Assembly (NCBI GenBank): GCA_963841015.1 | Contig: CAWJAX010000004.1 | Location: 32,001-96,000 of the forward strand | Reading direction: 5' to 3' | DNA: 64,000 nucleotides | Origin: an uncultured Methanoregulaceae archaeon | GTDB lineage: Archaea; Halobacteriota; Methanomicrobia; Methanomicrobiales; Methanospirillaceae | In this document: piece after piece, positions 43,056-54,286 of the stretch | Layout of the letters: every line of letters begins with the position of its first letter | Numbering within the stretch: position 1 is the first letter of the stretch | Translations under genes and position numbers: made by a program | Notes under the pieces: model-generated | What the model was told of the DNA's origin: nothing | What the model saw: only the letters and a program-made list of their open reading frames with translations | Databases searched by the model: none

Positions 43056-44307
43056 ATGGGAGCAACAATCGTAGAGAAAATATTTTCCCGGAAATGTGGC
43101 AGGGATATTCAGGCTGGTGAAGTAGTCATGTCGCCCCTTGATGGTGCGATGATCCATGATATTACCGGCCCCCTTGCGATCCAGAAGTTCTACGAGATGG
43201 GGGGATCAAAGGTTTTTAACCCCGAACGCGTTATCATGCTCTTTGATCACCAGATACCGGCAGACTCTATTCCCGCTGCGGAGAACCACGTCTACATGCG
43301 GAGATTTGCCGCAGAACAGAAGATCCACAATTATGATATCAATGAAGGGGTCTGCCATCAGGTAGTAGTGGAAAAAGGACGTGCAGCACCGGGCGAGATC
43401 GTGGTTGGGGCAGATTCCCATACCTGCATGTATGGGGCAGTCGGCGCATTTGCTACCGGCATCGGATCAACCGACATGGGATTTGTCCTGAAGTATGGCG
43501 CTCTGTACTTTAAAGTACCCTGAGACCATCCGTGCGGAGGTCTACGGAAAATTCCCCCGGCGTGTCGGGGCAAAAGACCTGATCCTCTCCATCGCAGCAG
43601 ACATTGGTGCCGATGGAGCAACCTACAAGGCGATAGAATTTGTTGGAAAGACTATCTCAAAAATGGATATGCCAGGGCGGATGACCTGCTGCAATATGGC
43701 CATTGAAATGGGAGCAAAAGCGGGTATAGTCGCTCCGGATAAAATCACCTGGGATTACATGAAAGGGAGGCGAAAAATGAAACCGTTCCCGCTGGAGAGC
43801 GATGAGGATGCAGACTATCTTGCAAAACGGTCCTACAACGTCTCGGATATGGAGCCACAGGTGGCAGTGCCACATAATGTGGATACCGGGGTTCCTGTAG
43901 GTGAAGTTGCCGGAACACCGGTAGACCAGGTGTTCATCGGTTCATGCACGAACGGGCGGTTTGAGGATCTGGAGGAGGCCGCTGAGGTACTGGGCAGGAA
44001 GAAGTTCAACCCGAATGTCAGGGTTATCATCATTCCGGCATCCCGGGATGAATATATCAAAAGCCTCCGCGCCGGCCTCATCGAAAAGTTCGTGAAAGCC
44101 GGATCACTCGTGGAAGCACCGTGTTGCGGTCCCTGTATGGGCGGAGCATTCGGGTTGCTGGCGCCAGGAGAGGTATCCCTGTCAACATCGAACCGGAACT
44201 TTAAGGGGAGACAGGGAAGCACTGAAGGTAAGGTGTACCTCTGCTCCCCGGCAACTGCTGCTGCAAGTGCAATCACCGGTGTGATCACTGATCCCCGGGA
44301 GGTCTGA
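43056..44307 (+). CDS. leuC: 3-isopropylmalate dehydratase (or homoaconitase) large subunit (one extra C near 43519)
   Basis: [38 protein letters not shown]; halves join at FKVP-ETIR. Confidence 0.82.
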
Positions 44308-44309
44308 GC

Positions 44310-44807
44310 ATGAGAACCTGGAAGTTTGGAGACGATATCGATACGGATGCAATAATACCGGGCAGGTTCCTGACGATTTATGATCCCAGAGAGCTGGCAA
44401 AGCACGCCTTTGAGGGCACAAGGGACGAATATGCAAAACAAGTAAAAGCGGGTGATATCGTTGTCGGAGGAAAAAATTTCGGCTGTGGATCTTCCCGTGA
44501 ACACGCCCCTCTTGCCTTCATAGGAGGGGGTGTCAGGGTCGTTGTCGCGCAATCGTTTGCCCGTATCTTCTTCCGGAATTCAATCAATGTCGGAGTGCTG
44601 CCCGTAATCTGTAAGGATGCTGACAAAATCGCTGATGGGGCAAAAGTTACCCTGAACCTCAAAAAGGGTTTCATTGATGCGGATGGGAAGAAATTTACGA
44701 TCGAACCGGTGCCGGAGTTTATGCAGGGAATCATCGATGCCGGTGGGCTTGTGGAATATGCAAAGAATCTGAAGGAATTACCGGTATGTACAAAATCGCA
44801 GCAATAG
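44310..44807 (+). CDS. leuD: 3-isopropylmalate dehydratase small subunit
   Basis: [30 protein letters not shown]. Confidence 0.85.
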   Translation: MRTWKFGDDIDTDAIIPGRFLTIYDPRELAKHAFEGTRDEYAKQVKAGDIVVGGKNFGCGSSREHAPLAFIGGGVRVVVAQSFARIFFRNSINVGVLPVICKDADKIADGAKVTLNLKKGFIDADGKKFTIEPVPEFMQGIIDAGGLVEYAKNLKELPVCTKSQQ

Positions 44808-45904
44808 GCGGAGACGGGATCGGCCCTGAGATCGTGGCCGAAGGGAAGAAGGTACTTGAGGCAGCAGGAGAGCGGTTCAATTTCGATATCCAGTGGACTG
44901 ATTTTGATCTCGGTGCCGACCGGTACATTCATTCAGGAAAACTGGTAACCGAGGATGAACTGGAAGAACTCTCGAAATTCAGGGCGATTTATTTTGGCGC
45001 TATTGGCGATGAGCGGGTGACACCAGGTATCCTTGAAAAAGGCATTCTCCTTGCGCTCCGCTTCCATTTCGACATGTACGTCAACCTCCGGCCCATAAAG
45101 CTCCTGAGTGGGGTAGAAACACCTTTAGCAAACAAGACTCCTGAGGATATTGATTTTGTCGTGGTCCGGGAGAACACCGAGGACTTCTATGTGGGAATCG
45201 GGTCGCGGTTTAAGAAGCACGAGAAGAAGGAACTGAACGTTGCCCGCGACATGTATAGTGTTAAATTTGGCCTTGACGTGGAGAGTGATGCCGAGGAAAT
45301 TGCCTACCAGATCGGGGTTATAACCCGCGAGGGGTCACGCCGGGTCCAGACCTATGCTTTTGACCTTGCTCAGGCACGGAATAAGAAGCTCACTTCAGTT
45401 GACAAGGCCAACGTGCTCTCGGAAGTATACGGACTGTGGCGGGATGTTTTCACAGAAACGAAAATAAAGTATCCCGATGTAACAACCGAATTCACTTTCG
45501 TTGATGCCATTACGATGTGGTTTGTTAAAAACCCTGAGTGGTTCGATGTTGTAGTTACCCCCAACATGTTTGGTGATATCATTACCGATCTTGGTGCAAT
45601 GATCCAGGGAGGGCTCGGACTTGCACCGGGAGGAAATATCAACCCGGAGGGTACCTCAATGTTTGAGCCCATTCACGGTTCAGCACCGAAGTACAGGAAT
45701 ATGGATGTGGCAAATCCCATCGCTACGATCTGGGCCGGGTCATTACTGCTCGACCACATTGGTGAGCCCCGGGCAGCTGCTGCGGTCATCGCTGCTATCG
45801 AGCAGAGCATAAAAGATGGAGTGGTAACAAAGGATATGGGCGGTACGGCACGGACAACAAAGGCAGGATCGTATATCGCCGAGTGCGTGAAGAAAGTAAG
45901 GTAA
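44786..45904 (+). CDS. leuB: 3-isopropylmalate dehydrogenase
   Basis: [39 protein letters not shown]. Confidence 0.85.
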   Translation: MYKIAAIGGDGIGPEIVAEGKKVLEAAGERFNFDIQWTDFDLGADRYIHSGKLVTEDELEELSKFRAIYFGAIGDERVTPGILEKGILLALRFHFDMYVNLRPIKLLSGVETPLANKTPEDIDFVVVRENTEDFYVGIGSRFKKHEKKELNVARDMYSVKFGLDVESDAEEIAYQIGVITREGSRRVQTYAFDLAQARNKKLTSVDKANVLSEVYGLWRDVFTETKIKYPDVTTEFTFVDAITMWFVKNPEWFDVVVTPNMFGDIITDLGAMIQGGLGLAPGGNINPEGTSMFEPIHGSAPKYRNMDVANPIATIWAGSLLLDHIGEPRAAAAVIAAIEQSIKDGVVTKDMGGTARTTKAGSYIAECVKKVR

Positions 45905-46010
45905 TATTTTTTTTCGAATAATGTAATTTATTCAGCTTGGTAGAATAGGCTGGATTGATTCTTTATCTTTTTTCACCGTTGAACCGCCAGCCTTGCCAAA
46001 ACCACGGGTT

Positions 46011-47033
46011 TTAGTCCCGGATGAGCTTTTTTAAGTCTTTGGGAAGTTCAGGAAATTCTTCATCCTCATCCTCTTCTGAGCCGCCTGATATAATATACCT
46101 GAAATAATTAACCGGCCCTTTTGTACCAGAAGATGTAACTTGAGTCTCAGTGCGTTTTTTGACACCGAAATCCCTGAAGAGATCTTCAGCCTCTGCTACT
46201 GCTTCCTCCACCAGCTTTTTCTCGGTAATATCAATTATGGAGCCCACAATTGAGACGGTTTTGCCGTTCTTTACAACCGGAATCTCGTTGACTTCAACCC
46301 AGATGATGCGTCCATCCTTTCCGTTAATCTCAAGCCGGTAGGGTGGTTCCCGTCTCCCGGATGAAATTGCCCTGATCGTTCGCTCAAGACCCACGGCATT
46401 CACCGGATTATCGGTCAGGTAATCAGTCCACACGCGTTTTCCAGCATACCGATGGCAACCCAGGAGTGTGCGAATTCTCGGACTGACGAATGTCACCACA
46501 TGATCAGGATTATGGGAATAGTACATCTGGTTCCCACTCTCAAGAACGAACATCAGCTCGTCATCTTTCTTTTTAATTGCCTTCTGATCATGTTTGATTC
46601 GGGTGATATCACGACCGGATGCAACGATTGCCAGAACCGTAGTCCCATTTTCAAGAATCGAATGCGCCGACCAGCTGATGCATCGCATACCTTTTGGTGT
46701 ATGTATCCACTGTTCAACAGTACAGGAAAACGGGGGCCGGAAAAGTTTGGTCATCTGCGTGGCAATAACATCAGAATAACGTTCCCCGGTAACCGGCATG
46801 AAAACGCTGCCGATAAGGTCCTCCCGGGTTTTCCCGAGTATATCGCAGTACGCGGAATTTACATAAAGAAGACGACCCTCCGGACTGAACTTGACGATAA
46901 GATCCTGCAACGACTCGACAAGGTCCTGGTAAAAATGCTCCGTATCTGCGATGATTCCCGCCCCCTTCATGCGTTGTTGAACAAGATGTTCCCTTTCATA
47001 AAAAAAGGTAACTCTCTCTTTACTCAGGATCAT
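46011..47033 (-). CDS. Stand-alone tandem PAS/PAC protein
   Basis: YVNSAY..G.TREDLIG..GRDIT and FVSP..KDGRIIWV..DITEKK; no kinase domain. Confidence 0.8.
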   Translation of the reverse strand: MILSKERVTFFYEREHLVQQRMKGAGIIADTEHFYQDLVESLQDLIVKFSPEGRLLYVNSAYCDILGKTREDLIGSVFMPVTGERYSDVIATQMTKLFRPPFSCTVEQWIHTPKGMRCISWSAHSILENGTTVLAIVASGRDITRIKHDQKAIKKKDDELMFVLESGNQMYYSHNPDHVVTFVSPRIRTLLGCHRYAGKRVWTDYLTDNPVNAVGLERTIRAISSGRREPPYRLEINGKDGRIIWVEVNEIPVVKNGKTVSIVGSIIDITEKKLVEEAVAEAEDLFRDFGVKKRTETQVTSSGTKGPVNYFRYIISGGSEEDEDEEFPELPKDLKKLIRD

Positions 47034-47088
47034 CTGTTGCAGGACTATTAATGTTGTACGATTTGAGCAAATACAGGTTCACTCAGGA

Positions 47089-47505
47089 TTAGACTGTTAC
47101 TGATATCCGTTTCTGATCCTGAGATACTTTTCGCGTCCTGTACAGCTGCAGGGTCTGTTTCGGTATTTTCATGATGAAAGCATGCCGATCTTTTCCGTAC
47201 ATAACGTTTCGGAGTGCTCTGAGGGAAACGGTGAAACATCCGTCATTGAAAAGATCAATATTCAGGGCTTTTCCTGACACGGAGATCTGGGCAAGACCGC
47301 AGGTGGATCCCAGATAATAATTCCAGTTATGGGTCAGCTCTTCGACCTGGACAAATACCCGGCCGGTAATAGCACCGGCAAGACCGTCTCTGCGAATTGC
47401 ATATCGTAGACCATGGATATGTATCTCGATTACTTCGTGCATGACCCCGTCATTGTCAAATGCCCTGATTCCGGTCCTTTGGAGATATCCTGCTTTTTCC
47501 ATCAT
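47089..47505 (-). CDS. Hypothetical protein
   Basis: 138 aa ORF filling the gap; GGTGG and TATA-like sequence upstream; SVSGKALNI motif. Confidence 0.55.
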   Translation of the reverse strand: MMEKAGYLQRTGIRAFDNDGVMHEVIEIHIHGLRYAIRRDGLAGAITGRVFVQVEELTHNWNYYLGSTCGLAQISVSGKALNIDLFNDGCFTVSLRALRNVMYGKDRHAFIMKIPKQTLQLYRTRKVSQDQKRISVTV

Positions 47506-47644
47506 ACACGACCACCTTCTGTCGTACTACGGCGTTGGGATTATGGGTATATAATCCATCAGCCTGCGCGGGGTGAAAGTGATCACAGGGTTCTTCGGGA
47601 GGGATGGCAACGACAATCGGAAATGTCATGAAACGCTTTCTTTG

Positions 47645-48766
47645 TTATTTTTCCCGGTCCATGCATGCATTCAGGACATTCTCGACAAAGGAAAGGGTGC
47701 CGGTAATACCTGCAACAGAATGCGGGGCCAGCTTCACCATCCCCCTGAGTGGGGGTGTAAGCCCGACAAAAGCAGCCTTGCTTTCCACAGACCGCTCAAA
47801 CGAGGACCCTATGACGAGATCAGGATTAAACTGCCGGATAAGTGACGTTACACGGGAAAAACCCTGCACGTGCTCACCCGGATAGGAAGAGATGCCTGGT
47901 TCGTTGCGGGAACCAACATACAGGATATCTGCATCAAGGTAATGCTTCAGGGTCCTCGCTGCAAATGTTGCATACGAAAAACCACCAAAAATGATTGCCT
48001 GAGGGGGATTGAACCTGCGGAGATATTTATCACATGCCCTGACAATTCTTTCATCTTCCCGCTCAATTTCTTCGTTAACCGGACTGATATCTGCTTCCGG
48101 ATATACCAGGGCAATTTTCTTAAATGTAGCACGTATTTCTTCAAATCCGAGCGTGCCTCCAAGCCACGTTCCGACACCACTGGAAAAATCCATGTTTGTT
48201 CCCATTGTATACCTGGCTGCATGCCCCACACGCTCAAGCCGGTCCGAGCAAAAAACAGTGCCCACGGATACTGATGCACAGCCCAGCAACCGCACAATTT
48301 CCCGCACATTACCGCAGGAAAATGGATCGAAAAGACAGGCGCCATCAATATTTATCCCTTCTACACCTGGATCAACCATCGGTTCAAGAACGGAGAGTGC
48401 CTTTTTATATCCTGTCTCTACATCTCCCGAAAAACCCGGGCTGTCAACAAGGATCACATCGTACTCTTTGAGCATCGACCGTACATCCTCACCAAGTATT
48501 GCGGGAACGCAGGTCATAACCACAGCAATCTTTTTGCTCTTCTCAGAAAGCCCGTCAAGCACTTCATGAAGTCGCTGCTCTGAACCGAAAATTACCTCGT
48601 TCTCCATGATAAAGGTGCCATGGAGGGGAACATGGAGGAGCGTTGCAGGATAAAAGTAGCATCCGCTCGACCCATGGATCACCACAGTTATACCCTCAAA
48701 ACCCGCCAGACATGCTGCAGCTCCGGTCATAGCACATGGCCAGAGGGGATTTTCGCAGTCAGGCAT
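47645..48766 (-). CDS. Nitrogenase component-1-like subunit (short, group IV-like)
   Basis: WPCAMTG, HGSSGC, MTCVPAILGED, PDLVIG; ~373 aa. Confidence 0.8.
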   Translation of the reverse strand: MPDCENPLWPCAMTGAAACLAGFEGITVVIHGSSGCYFYPATLLHVPLHGTFIMENEVIFGSEQRLHEVLDGLSEKSKKIAVVMTCVPAILGEDVRSMLKEYDVILVDSPGFSGDVETGYKKALSVLEPMVDPGVEGINIDGACLFDPFSCGNVREIVRLLGCASVSVGTVFCSDRLERVGHAARYTMGTNMDFSSGVGTWLGGTLGFEEIRATFKKIALVYPEADISPVNEEIEREDERIVRACDKYLRRFNPPQAIIFGGFSYATFAARTLKHYLDADILYVGSRNEPGISSYPGEHVQGFSRVTSLIRQFNPDLVIGSSFERSVESKAAFVGLTPPLRGMVKLAPHSVAGITGTLSFVENVLNACMDREK

Positions 48767-49799
48767 GGATTGCACGCCTCCACCTGTGGAGCATCCGCAT
48801 GACACCGGTTGTCCCCACGGGGGGTGATATCTCCAGGGGAACCCTGCATCCATCACGATCAATCGTAATATCGATCTCGTCTGCAATTTCGCAGGCCAGC
48901 CTGAAGGTATCAGAATCCTTAAGGGCAGGATCAAATGCTATGGAGGTACCGGTTATATCGTTAAATTCCGTAAGGATCTCTTCCTGCAGGACTTTTTCCT
49001 CGTGTACGGCTCGCAGGTATTTCACACCAAAACTATCTGCAACCGATTCGAGAAAGCTGATTGTCCCTGAAAGTCCAACCGGAAAGGATGGAATAAAAGG
49101 TGTAGCGAATCGTTGGTGAAGCCGTTCTCCGACAGGACGCAGATCATCGTCACGGAGAATGTTGAGCCGCGCAGCACCGAGACGGGTTATGTCAGTCATG
49201 GAACAGTCCCGCACGAACCGCAGATTTACGGATATGCCGAGTGCGGAAAGTAACCGGGAAACTTCTGCATAGTTCTCTTCAACTTCATATTCGAGATTTT
49301 TTTCACCGATAATATTCACGCACCAGCCCTTTGTGCAGGGTTCAGCGGTATCAGCGAGGGCATTGAGGGCATTATTCACGCCATTCTGGAAAGTACCCCC
49401 AAGGAATCCCCCGCTTGGAACCGGGAGAACAGGCACTCCACGGTCCCTGCGGCAGAGAGCTGCAACGTCATCGCCAATAGTGTCAGCGATGCAGGTTGAA
49501 AGAACGAAAACAGCGCCAATATGTCGCTTTGCAACCGCATCGAGAGTCCTTTCGAGCGCCGCTTCACCACCAAAAATAATATCACTTTCGGATAACCCTG
49601 TTGAGATCAAATCCGGCATGGTAATATGATCGTTATTAAACCCCGTTGCATGTAAAAGAGAAAAGTTATGATGGGTGCACCCTTTCGGCCCGTGTATTAT
49701 GGTAACGCTATCCCGTACATGGGTCGTCACCGAGAGTGCTCCGGTAAGCGTGCACCCCCCGTACCTAGATATATTCAATGGCAAGGGATTCGAGGTCAT
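48759..49799 (-). CDS. Nitrogenase component-1-like subunit (short, group IV-like)
   Basis: [43 protein letters not shown]. Confidence 0.82.
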   Translation of the reverse strand: MTSNPLPLNISRYGGCTLTGALSVTTHVRDSVTIIHGPKGCTHHNFSLLHATGFNNDHITMPDLISTGLSESDIIFGGEAALERTLDAVAKRHIGAVFVLSTCIADTIGDDVAALCRRDRGVPVLPVPSGGFLGGTFQNGVNNALNALADTAEPCTKGWCVNIIGEKNLEYEVEENYAEVSRLLSALGISVNLRFVRDCSMTDITRLGAARLNILRDDDLRPVGERLHQRFATPFIPSFPVGLSGTISFLESVADSFGVKYLRAVHEEKVLQEEILTEFNDITGTSIAFDPALKDSDTFRLACEIADEIDITIDRDGCRVPLEISPPVGTTGVMRMLHRWRRAIHA

Positions 49800-50577
49800 C
49801 AATTTCAAGGGGGGTCGGGATAGAGAACCGGGTGTTTTTCATAATACGTGCTGCAAGGGACCTGTACTGTGCTGCCTGATCAGAGTCCGGATCATACTCA
49901 AGCACCGTCTTCCGGTTGAGTTCTGCAAGCTGCACAACACGATCCCGGGGGATATACTGTATAAGTGAACTGTTCACCCGCTGTGCAAATTCACTCACGA
50001 GCTCTTCTTCGCGAGGCTGGTTCTTTGCATTACAGATAACCCCGGCAAGCCGGCACGTGCTTTTTGTCCTTGAGGAAAGGCGTTTTATCGCCTTACAGAT
50101 ATTATTCGCAGCGTACAGCGACATTAACTCCCCGGAAGTAACGAGGTAGATATCCTGAGCATAACCCTCACGCATGGGCATGGCAAATCCACCACAGACG
50201 ACATCCCCGAGGACATCATACACGATGACATCCCCTTTGAGTGCCCCGAATTTCTCAAGAAGCTGGAACGTGGCGATAATCCCCCGTCCGGCACACCCGA
50301 CACCTGGTTCCGGTCCTCCCGCCTCAACACACCGTACCCCGTTAAAACCAGTATACACGATATCTGAAAGAGAGAGTGCGGCTTCACCCCGGACCCTGAC
50401 CAGATCCATGACAGTGGGAATGAATGTCCCGTGCATCAGCATACGTGTGCTGTCCCGTTTGGGGTCGCATCCGATCTGCATGATATCCAGGCCCTGAAGG
50501 GAAAGAGCAGCGGACAGATTCGCCGAGGTAGTTGATTTCCCGATGCCTCCCTTTCCATACAGGGCTATCTGCTTCAT
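49765..50577 (-). CDS. NifH/BchL/CfbC-family Fe protein
   Basis: [41 protein letters not shown]. Confidence 0.92.
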   Translation of the reverse strand: MKQIALYGKGGIGKSTTSANLSAALSLQGLDIMQIGCDPKRDSTRMLMHGTFIPTVMDLVRVRGEAALSLSDIVYTGFNGVRCVEAGGPEPGVGCAGRGIIATFQLLEKFGALKGDVIVYDVLGDVVCGGFAMPMREGYAQDIYLVTSGELMSLYAANNICKAIKRLSSRTKSTCRLAGVICNAKNQPREEELVSEFAQRVNSSLIQYIPRDRVVQLAELNRKTVLEYDPDSDQAAQYRSLAARIMKNTRFSIPTPLEIDDLESLAIEYI

Positions 50578-50729
50578 CACCGTACTATGGTACGGCAATT
50601 TATATTAGATCTCCTGATGTTAAGAAAAGTAAAGTTGCGTTGATTTTTTTGGTATGTTCTTCCCCATTTATTTTAAAAAGGAAAATACCAAAAAAAGGAG
50701 GATTCCTTTATCGGTAATTTCTCGTAGAT

Positions 50730-51725
50730 TTATGATAGATAGACTGGAGGAGGTATTTGTATAAAGCGGGCAGCATTCTTCAGGCTGAAAATATGTTTAT
50801 ATGCCAATTCAATTTGTCGTTTACTCAGTTTCGTGCTTTTTTGGACTATATCTGCAGGCAGATGGTTTTCATCAGCATATAAAAGCTGGTCGAGGATAGT
50901 ATAGGGTAACCTCATGGAAATTTCTTCGTCCGATGTGTAGTGACTCCAGGTGTCCGGGCTTGGTGCCCTTGCTATGATCCTTTTGTCAACATGTAATAAT
51001 TCTGCAAGTTTATAGACCTGTGATTTATAGCAATTTGCAATAGGTTCCAGATCAACTCCCCCGTCTCCATACTTTACGAAAAATCCTGTGAGCGATTCAG
51101 TTTTATTCGTAGTTCCACATACGGCATAATTCCTTTTCTCAGCATGCATGTACTCAACAATCATCCGTGTTCTCTGTTTCACATTCTGGAGACTAAGAAC
51201 GGTAAAGAACTGTTGTGCGGTCAATCGTTTTGTGCCGATGGTTTTTCCGTTTTTCAACAGAATAAGCGAGGGTATATTGAGCATTTCCGCAGATGCCATC
51301 ATTGAGGGGCGCAATAATGATGTGGTATGATATGCCGGATCATACCCGGGGAACAACTCGCGGATCAGTGATTCTTTTTTAGAATAGATATTGAATGCTT
51401 CAAGCATGGGGGTGATCGGAACTTCCTCATACCTGATTTTTAACGCTTTACAATGATCTATCCCCAGTTCCCTGCTGGAAGGAGCCGATTCCTTCTCTGG
51501 AAGGATTAGGCCGTATACCCTCTCAGGGCCTAGAGCATCAACGGAAAGAGCCGCAATTACTGCAGAATCAATTCCTCCTGATACACCAATCACAATGCCA
51601 TCTTTCTTAAACTGATCACGTACTGTTTGCTTAATAAAAGTGGATAATTTTTCTTTGAGATCTTCACTATTTTTAAGCATCTCTTTTTTTATATCAAACC
51701 CGTCTTTAAAGGTTCTTTTAACCAT
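50730..51725 (-). CDS. nadE: NH3-dependent NAD synthetase-like N-type ATP pyrophosphatase
   Basis: SGGIDS, NVKQRTRM, GTTNKTE, GFFVKYGDG, PSPD; long insertion; AT-rich. Confidence 0.7.
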   Translation of the reverse strand: MVKRTFKDGFDIKKEMLKNSEDLKEKLSTFIKQTVRDQFKKDGIVIGVSGGIDSAVIAALSVDALGPERVYGLILPEKESAPSSRELGIDHCKALKIRYEEVPITPMLEAFNIYSKKESLIRELFPGYDPAYHTTSLLRPSMMASAEMLNIPSLILLKNGKTIGTKRLTAQQFFTVLSLQNVKQRTRMIVEYMHAEKRNYAVCGTTNKTESLTGFFVKYGDGGVDLEPIANCYKSQVYKLAELLHVDKRIIARAPSPDTWSHYTSDEEISMRLPYTILDQLLYADENHLPADIVQKSTKLSKRQIELAYKHIFSLKNAARFIQIPPPVYLS

Positions 51726-51830
51726 AGTTCACCATATTTTAATATACTTGTTACTAGAAATACTATACCAAACACTTTATTTAAACATTTGCCTTACACT
51801 TCAATTATATAGCAAACGATGTGAACCACC

Positions 51831-52079
51831 ATGAATGAAATACAAGGAGATATACTGGAATTTTTGAAAACGCAGGGATTTCTGAATGAAAAAATTTCAT
51901 TACAGGAAAACGACTCCTTATCAGAAACGGGTGTAATCGATTCAATCACCTTACTTCAGCTTATTGATTTCCTTGAGAGTAAATATCACATTCAAATTCC
52001 TGTAGAAATGATAACTCCTGAAAATTTTGATACCCTGGCCGGAATCAGTCAATCGGTCATGAAATTGAAAAAAAGCTGA
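51831..52079 (+). CDS. Acyl carrier protein
   Basis: Acidic 82 aa protein; GVIDSI (phosphopantetheine Ser), PENFDT. Confidence 0.85.
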   Translation: MNEIQGDILEFLKTQGFLNEKISLQENDSLSETGVIDSITLLQLIDFLESKYHIQIPVEMITPENFDTLAGISQSVMKLKKS

Positions 52080-52516
52080 ATAAAAAACTGCAGGGTTCTG
52101 ACATATGAAGAACCGGAGATGATCTCATCGCAGATACCTGCCTGTTGACCGCTGGCTTTTCCAACAATTATTTGTGATCAGCATATCTTTTTATCAGGAT
52201 GGGACACTGTTCATTCTCCCGATGATATTATATTTCATATCATTTGGAGCCGGTATTTTGTTCTTTAAGATACTGAACCGGGGAGAACCGCTAAAAAAAC
52301 ATTGAATCCCGGTTGGCTTCATCCCACCGGTTTATCCACCCCACAATGCGATCACTCCACAAAAAGGAAATATATCATCATTCCAGGTGCAGGGATGTAA
52401 GGAGGTACAGGCCCAAATCCCTGCTCTGCCTTACCTGTGCCTTTTATTGCCTGCCCGGGATAAACGGGATTCTCCAAAGTCAGAACCTGAGTTTTTTTAA
52501 AAAACATATTTTTTTT

Positions 52517-52723
52517 GGCTCTGGAGAATTCCTTTTCCATGGATATGAAATTCAAGATGCTGGTACGAATGAAGGAGGGGAGAGTGCCTGTCCCCCCATG
52601 ACGCCCCTGCTCTTAGCGATCATACCAGGCACCTGTTCGGCAGTTATCGCATCGGGGGAGCCACAGCGGCGGGGGTGAAACCCCCTTGAGCGTTTGGTTT
52701 GTAATTGAGCATTTCTGCAAAGC
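52517..52723 (+). mobile_element. MITE-like repeat copy C
   Basis: GGCTCTGGAGAA ... ATTTCTGCAAAGC imperfect terminal inverted repeat; conserved core. Confidence 0.8.
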
Positions 52724-52743
52724 ATTTTTTTAAACGGAATATT

Positions 52744-54205
52744 TCAGTCATATCCTCTGAACAAAGCCATAAAGAGCATTACAACAGGAATCACTTCCAG
52801 TCTTCCCACCCACATCACTCCAATAAAAATCCACTTCGAAATGATGGGCATATCAGGGGATACATACCCGGTATTGGTACCACATGTTGAAAAGGCCGAT
52901 ACAACTTCAAAGGCGATGTCAGTTATGGAGTATGTTGTAATATGGAACTGCAACACAAGAAGGGTAGCAATAAAGATGGTTACTACCGAGAGGATAATGA
53001 TAAGCATGTTCTTTGCAGCCTCCAGTTCTGCAGTCGCTCTCGGGATTACCCGCCCTTCGATCTTGAAAGGCAGAAGCACCTTACCGCTTACAAAGAGCCT
53101 GCGGAACCACCAGAACAGCGTACGGAAAGCAAGAGCTACCCGGTTTAGTTTGATACCTCCGGCAGTGCTGCCGGATGCTCCCCCGATAAGCGTTAGCATG
53201 GTAAGGAATAACAGGGTAATACCTGCCCAGGAATGAATATCTGCGTTCTGGAAACCGGTAGTTGTGAGAGTCGATACGGTCATAAAAAGACCCTGTTCAA
53301 GTGCCGCCATGAATTCAAGGTTCCCGAAAAAAATCAGATCATAGGTTATTACCGCTACCCCAATACCCGTAAAGAGAAAGAACAGTTTTACCTGTTCATC
53401 CCCAAAAAGGCTCCAGCGCCGGTTTTCCAGGATGAGATAATAGAGCTTAAATGGCAGGGCACCGGCGATCATTATCGGGATCAGGAGGATTTGAAGTGCA
53501 CTGTTATTGTAGTAAAGGATACCCCCTTCATGGAGGGTAAACCCCCCGGTTGATACTGCCGCAAAAGCAAGATTCACCGATTCCCATAAAGAAAGCCCGG
53601 TGAACAGGATAAGACTAATGGCAATAAATGTTATTAGTCCGTAAATTTTCCAGAGCGCACGCCCCGTGGCAATCACACTGGGCATCAGCGGTTCTTCTCT
53701 CCCCTCGGACCGGAAGATCTTTGAACCCAAAAGACCGGTACTGCTTGCTAATGCGATAATAAATGCAATGATTCCAATGCCCCCGATCCACTGCATATAA
53801 GATCGCCAGAAAAGGAGGGCGTGGGGGGCTGTATCAACCGAACGGATCATCGAAAACGCTGTACCCGTCCATCCTGCCATCCCTTCGAAGAATGCGTCAG
53901 TGAATCCCATATGCAACCCGAGCATGAACGGTATACCACTGACCATAGCACAGGTAAACCAGAAAAGCGCAACCGAACACATTGCCGTAGAGAGCCTGTA
54001 CACCCTTGCTGGTGCGGGGTAGTTTTTTAAAGAGCATCCCCGTGATAAAGAATACGGCAGGGACTGCCGCCATGGGAAGGATCATATTCCACTCGGAGAA
54101 GAGAATCGCAACAATGATAGGAACGGCGGTTATCGGTGCAATAAAGGTGAAAATATCCCCCAGATCAGCAAAAATCGTGGAGATATGTTCAAGCCGCTGC
54201 ATCAC
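52744..54205 (-). CDS. trkH: Trk potassium uptake membrane protein (one extra base near 53997)
   Basis: FEGMAGWTGT, QWIGGIG, STGGF, TTTGF, GSTAGGIK, MWVGRLE. Confidence 0.9.
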
Positions 54206-54286
54206 TAATGGGTTACCACTGGTTCTCTATTAGTATTTGCCTGTCAAAAAAAAAAGAAAAGAACAGTTGTGTTGTGCATTTTAATA

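Noticed and set aside
43515-43523. Selenocysteine/pyrrolysine readthrough or programmed frameshifting at split genes
   Set aside because: The halves are in different frames, so readthrough cannot join them. No shared slippery sequence is present, and the sites match AGCT/GTAC or homopolymers.
47645-50577. True nitrogen fixation (nifHDK)
   Set aside because: Subunits are too short, lack the FeMo-co ligand region, and have no adjacent nifENB.
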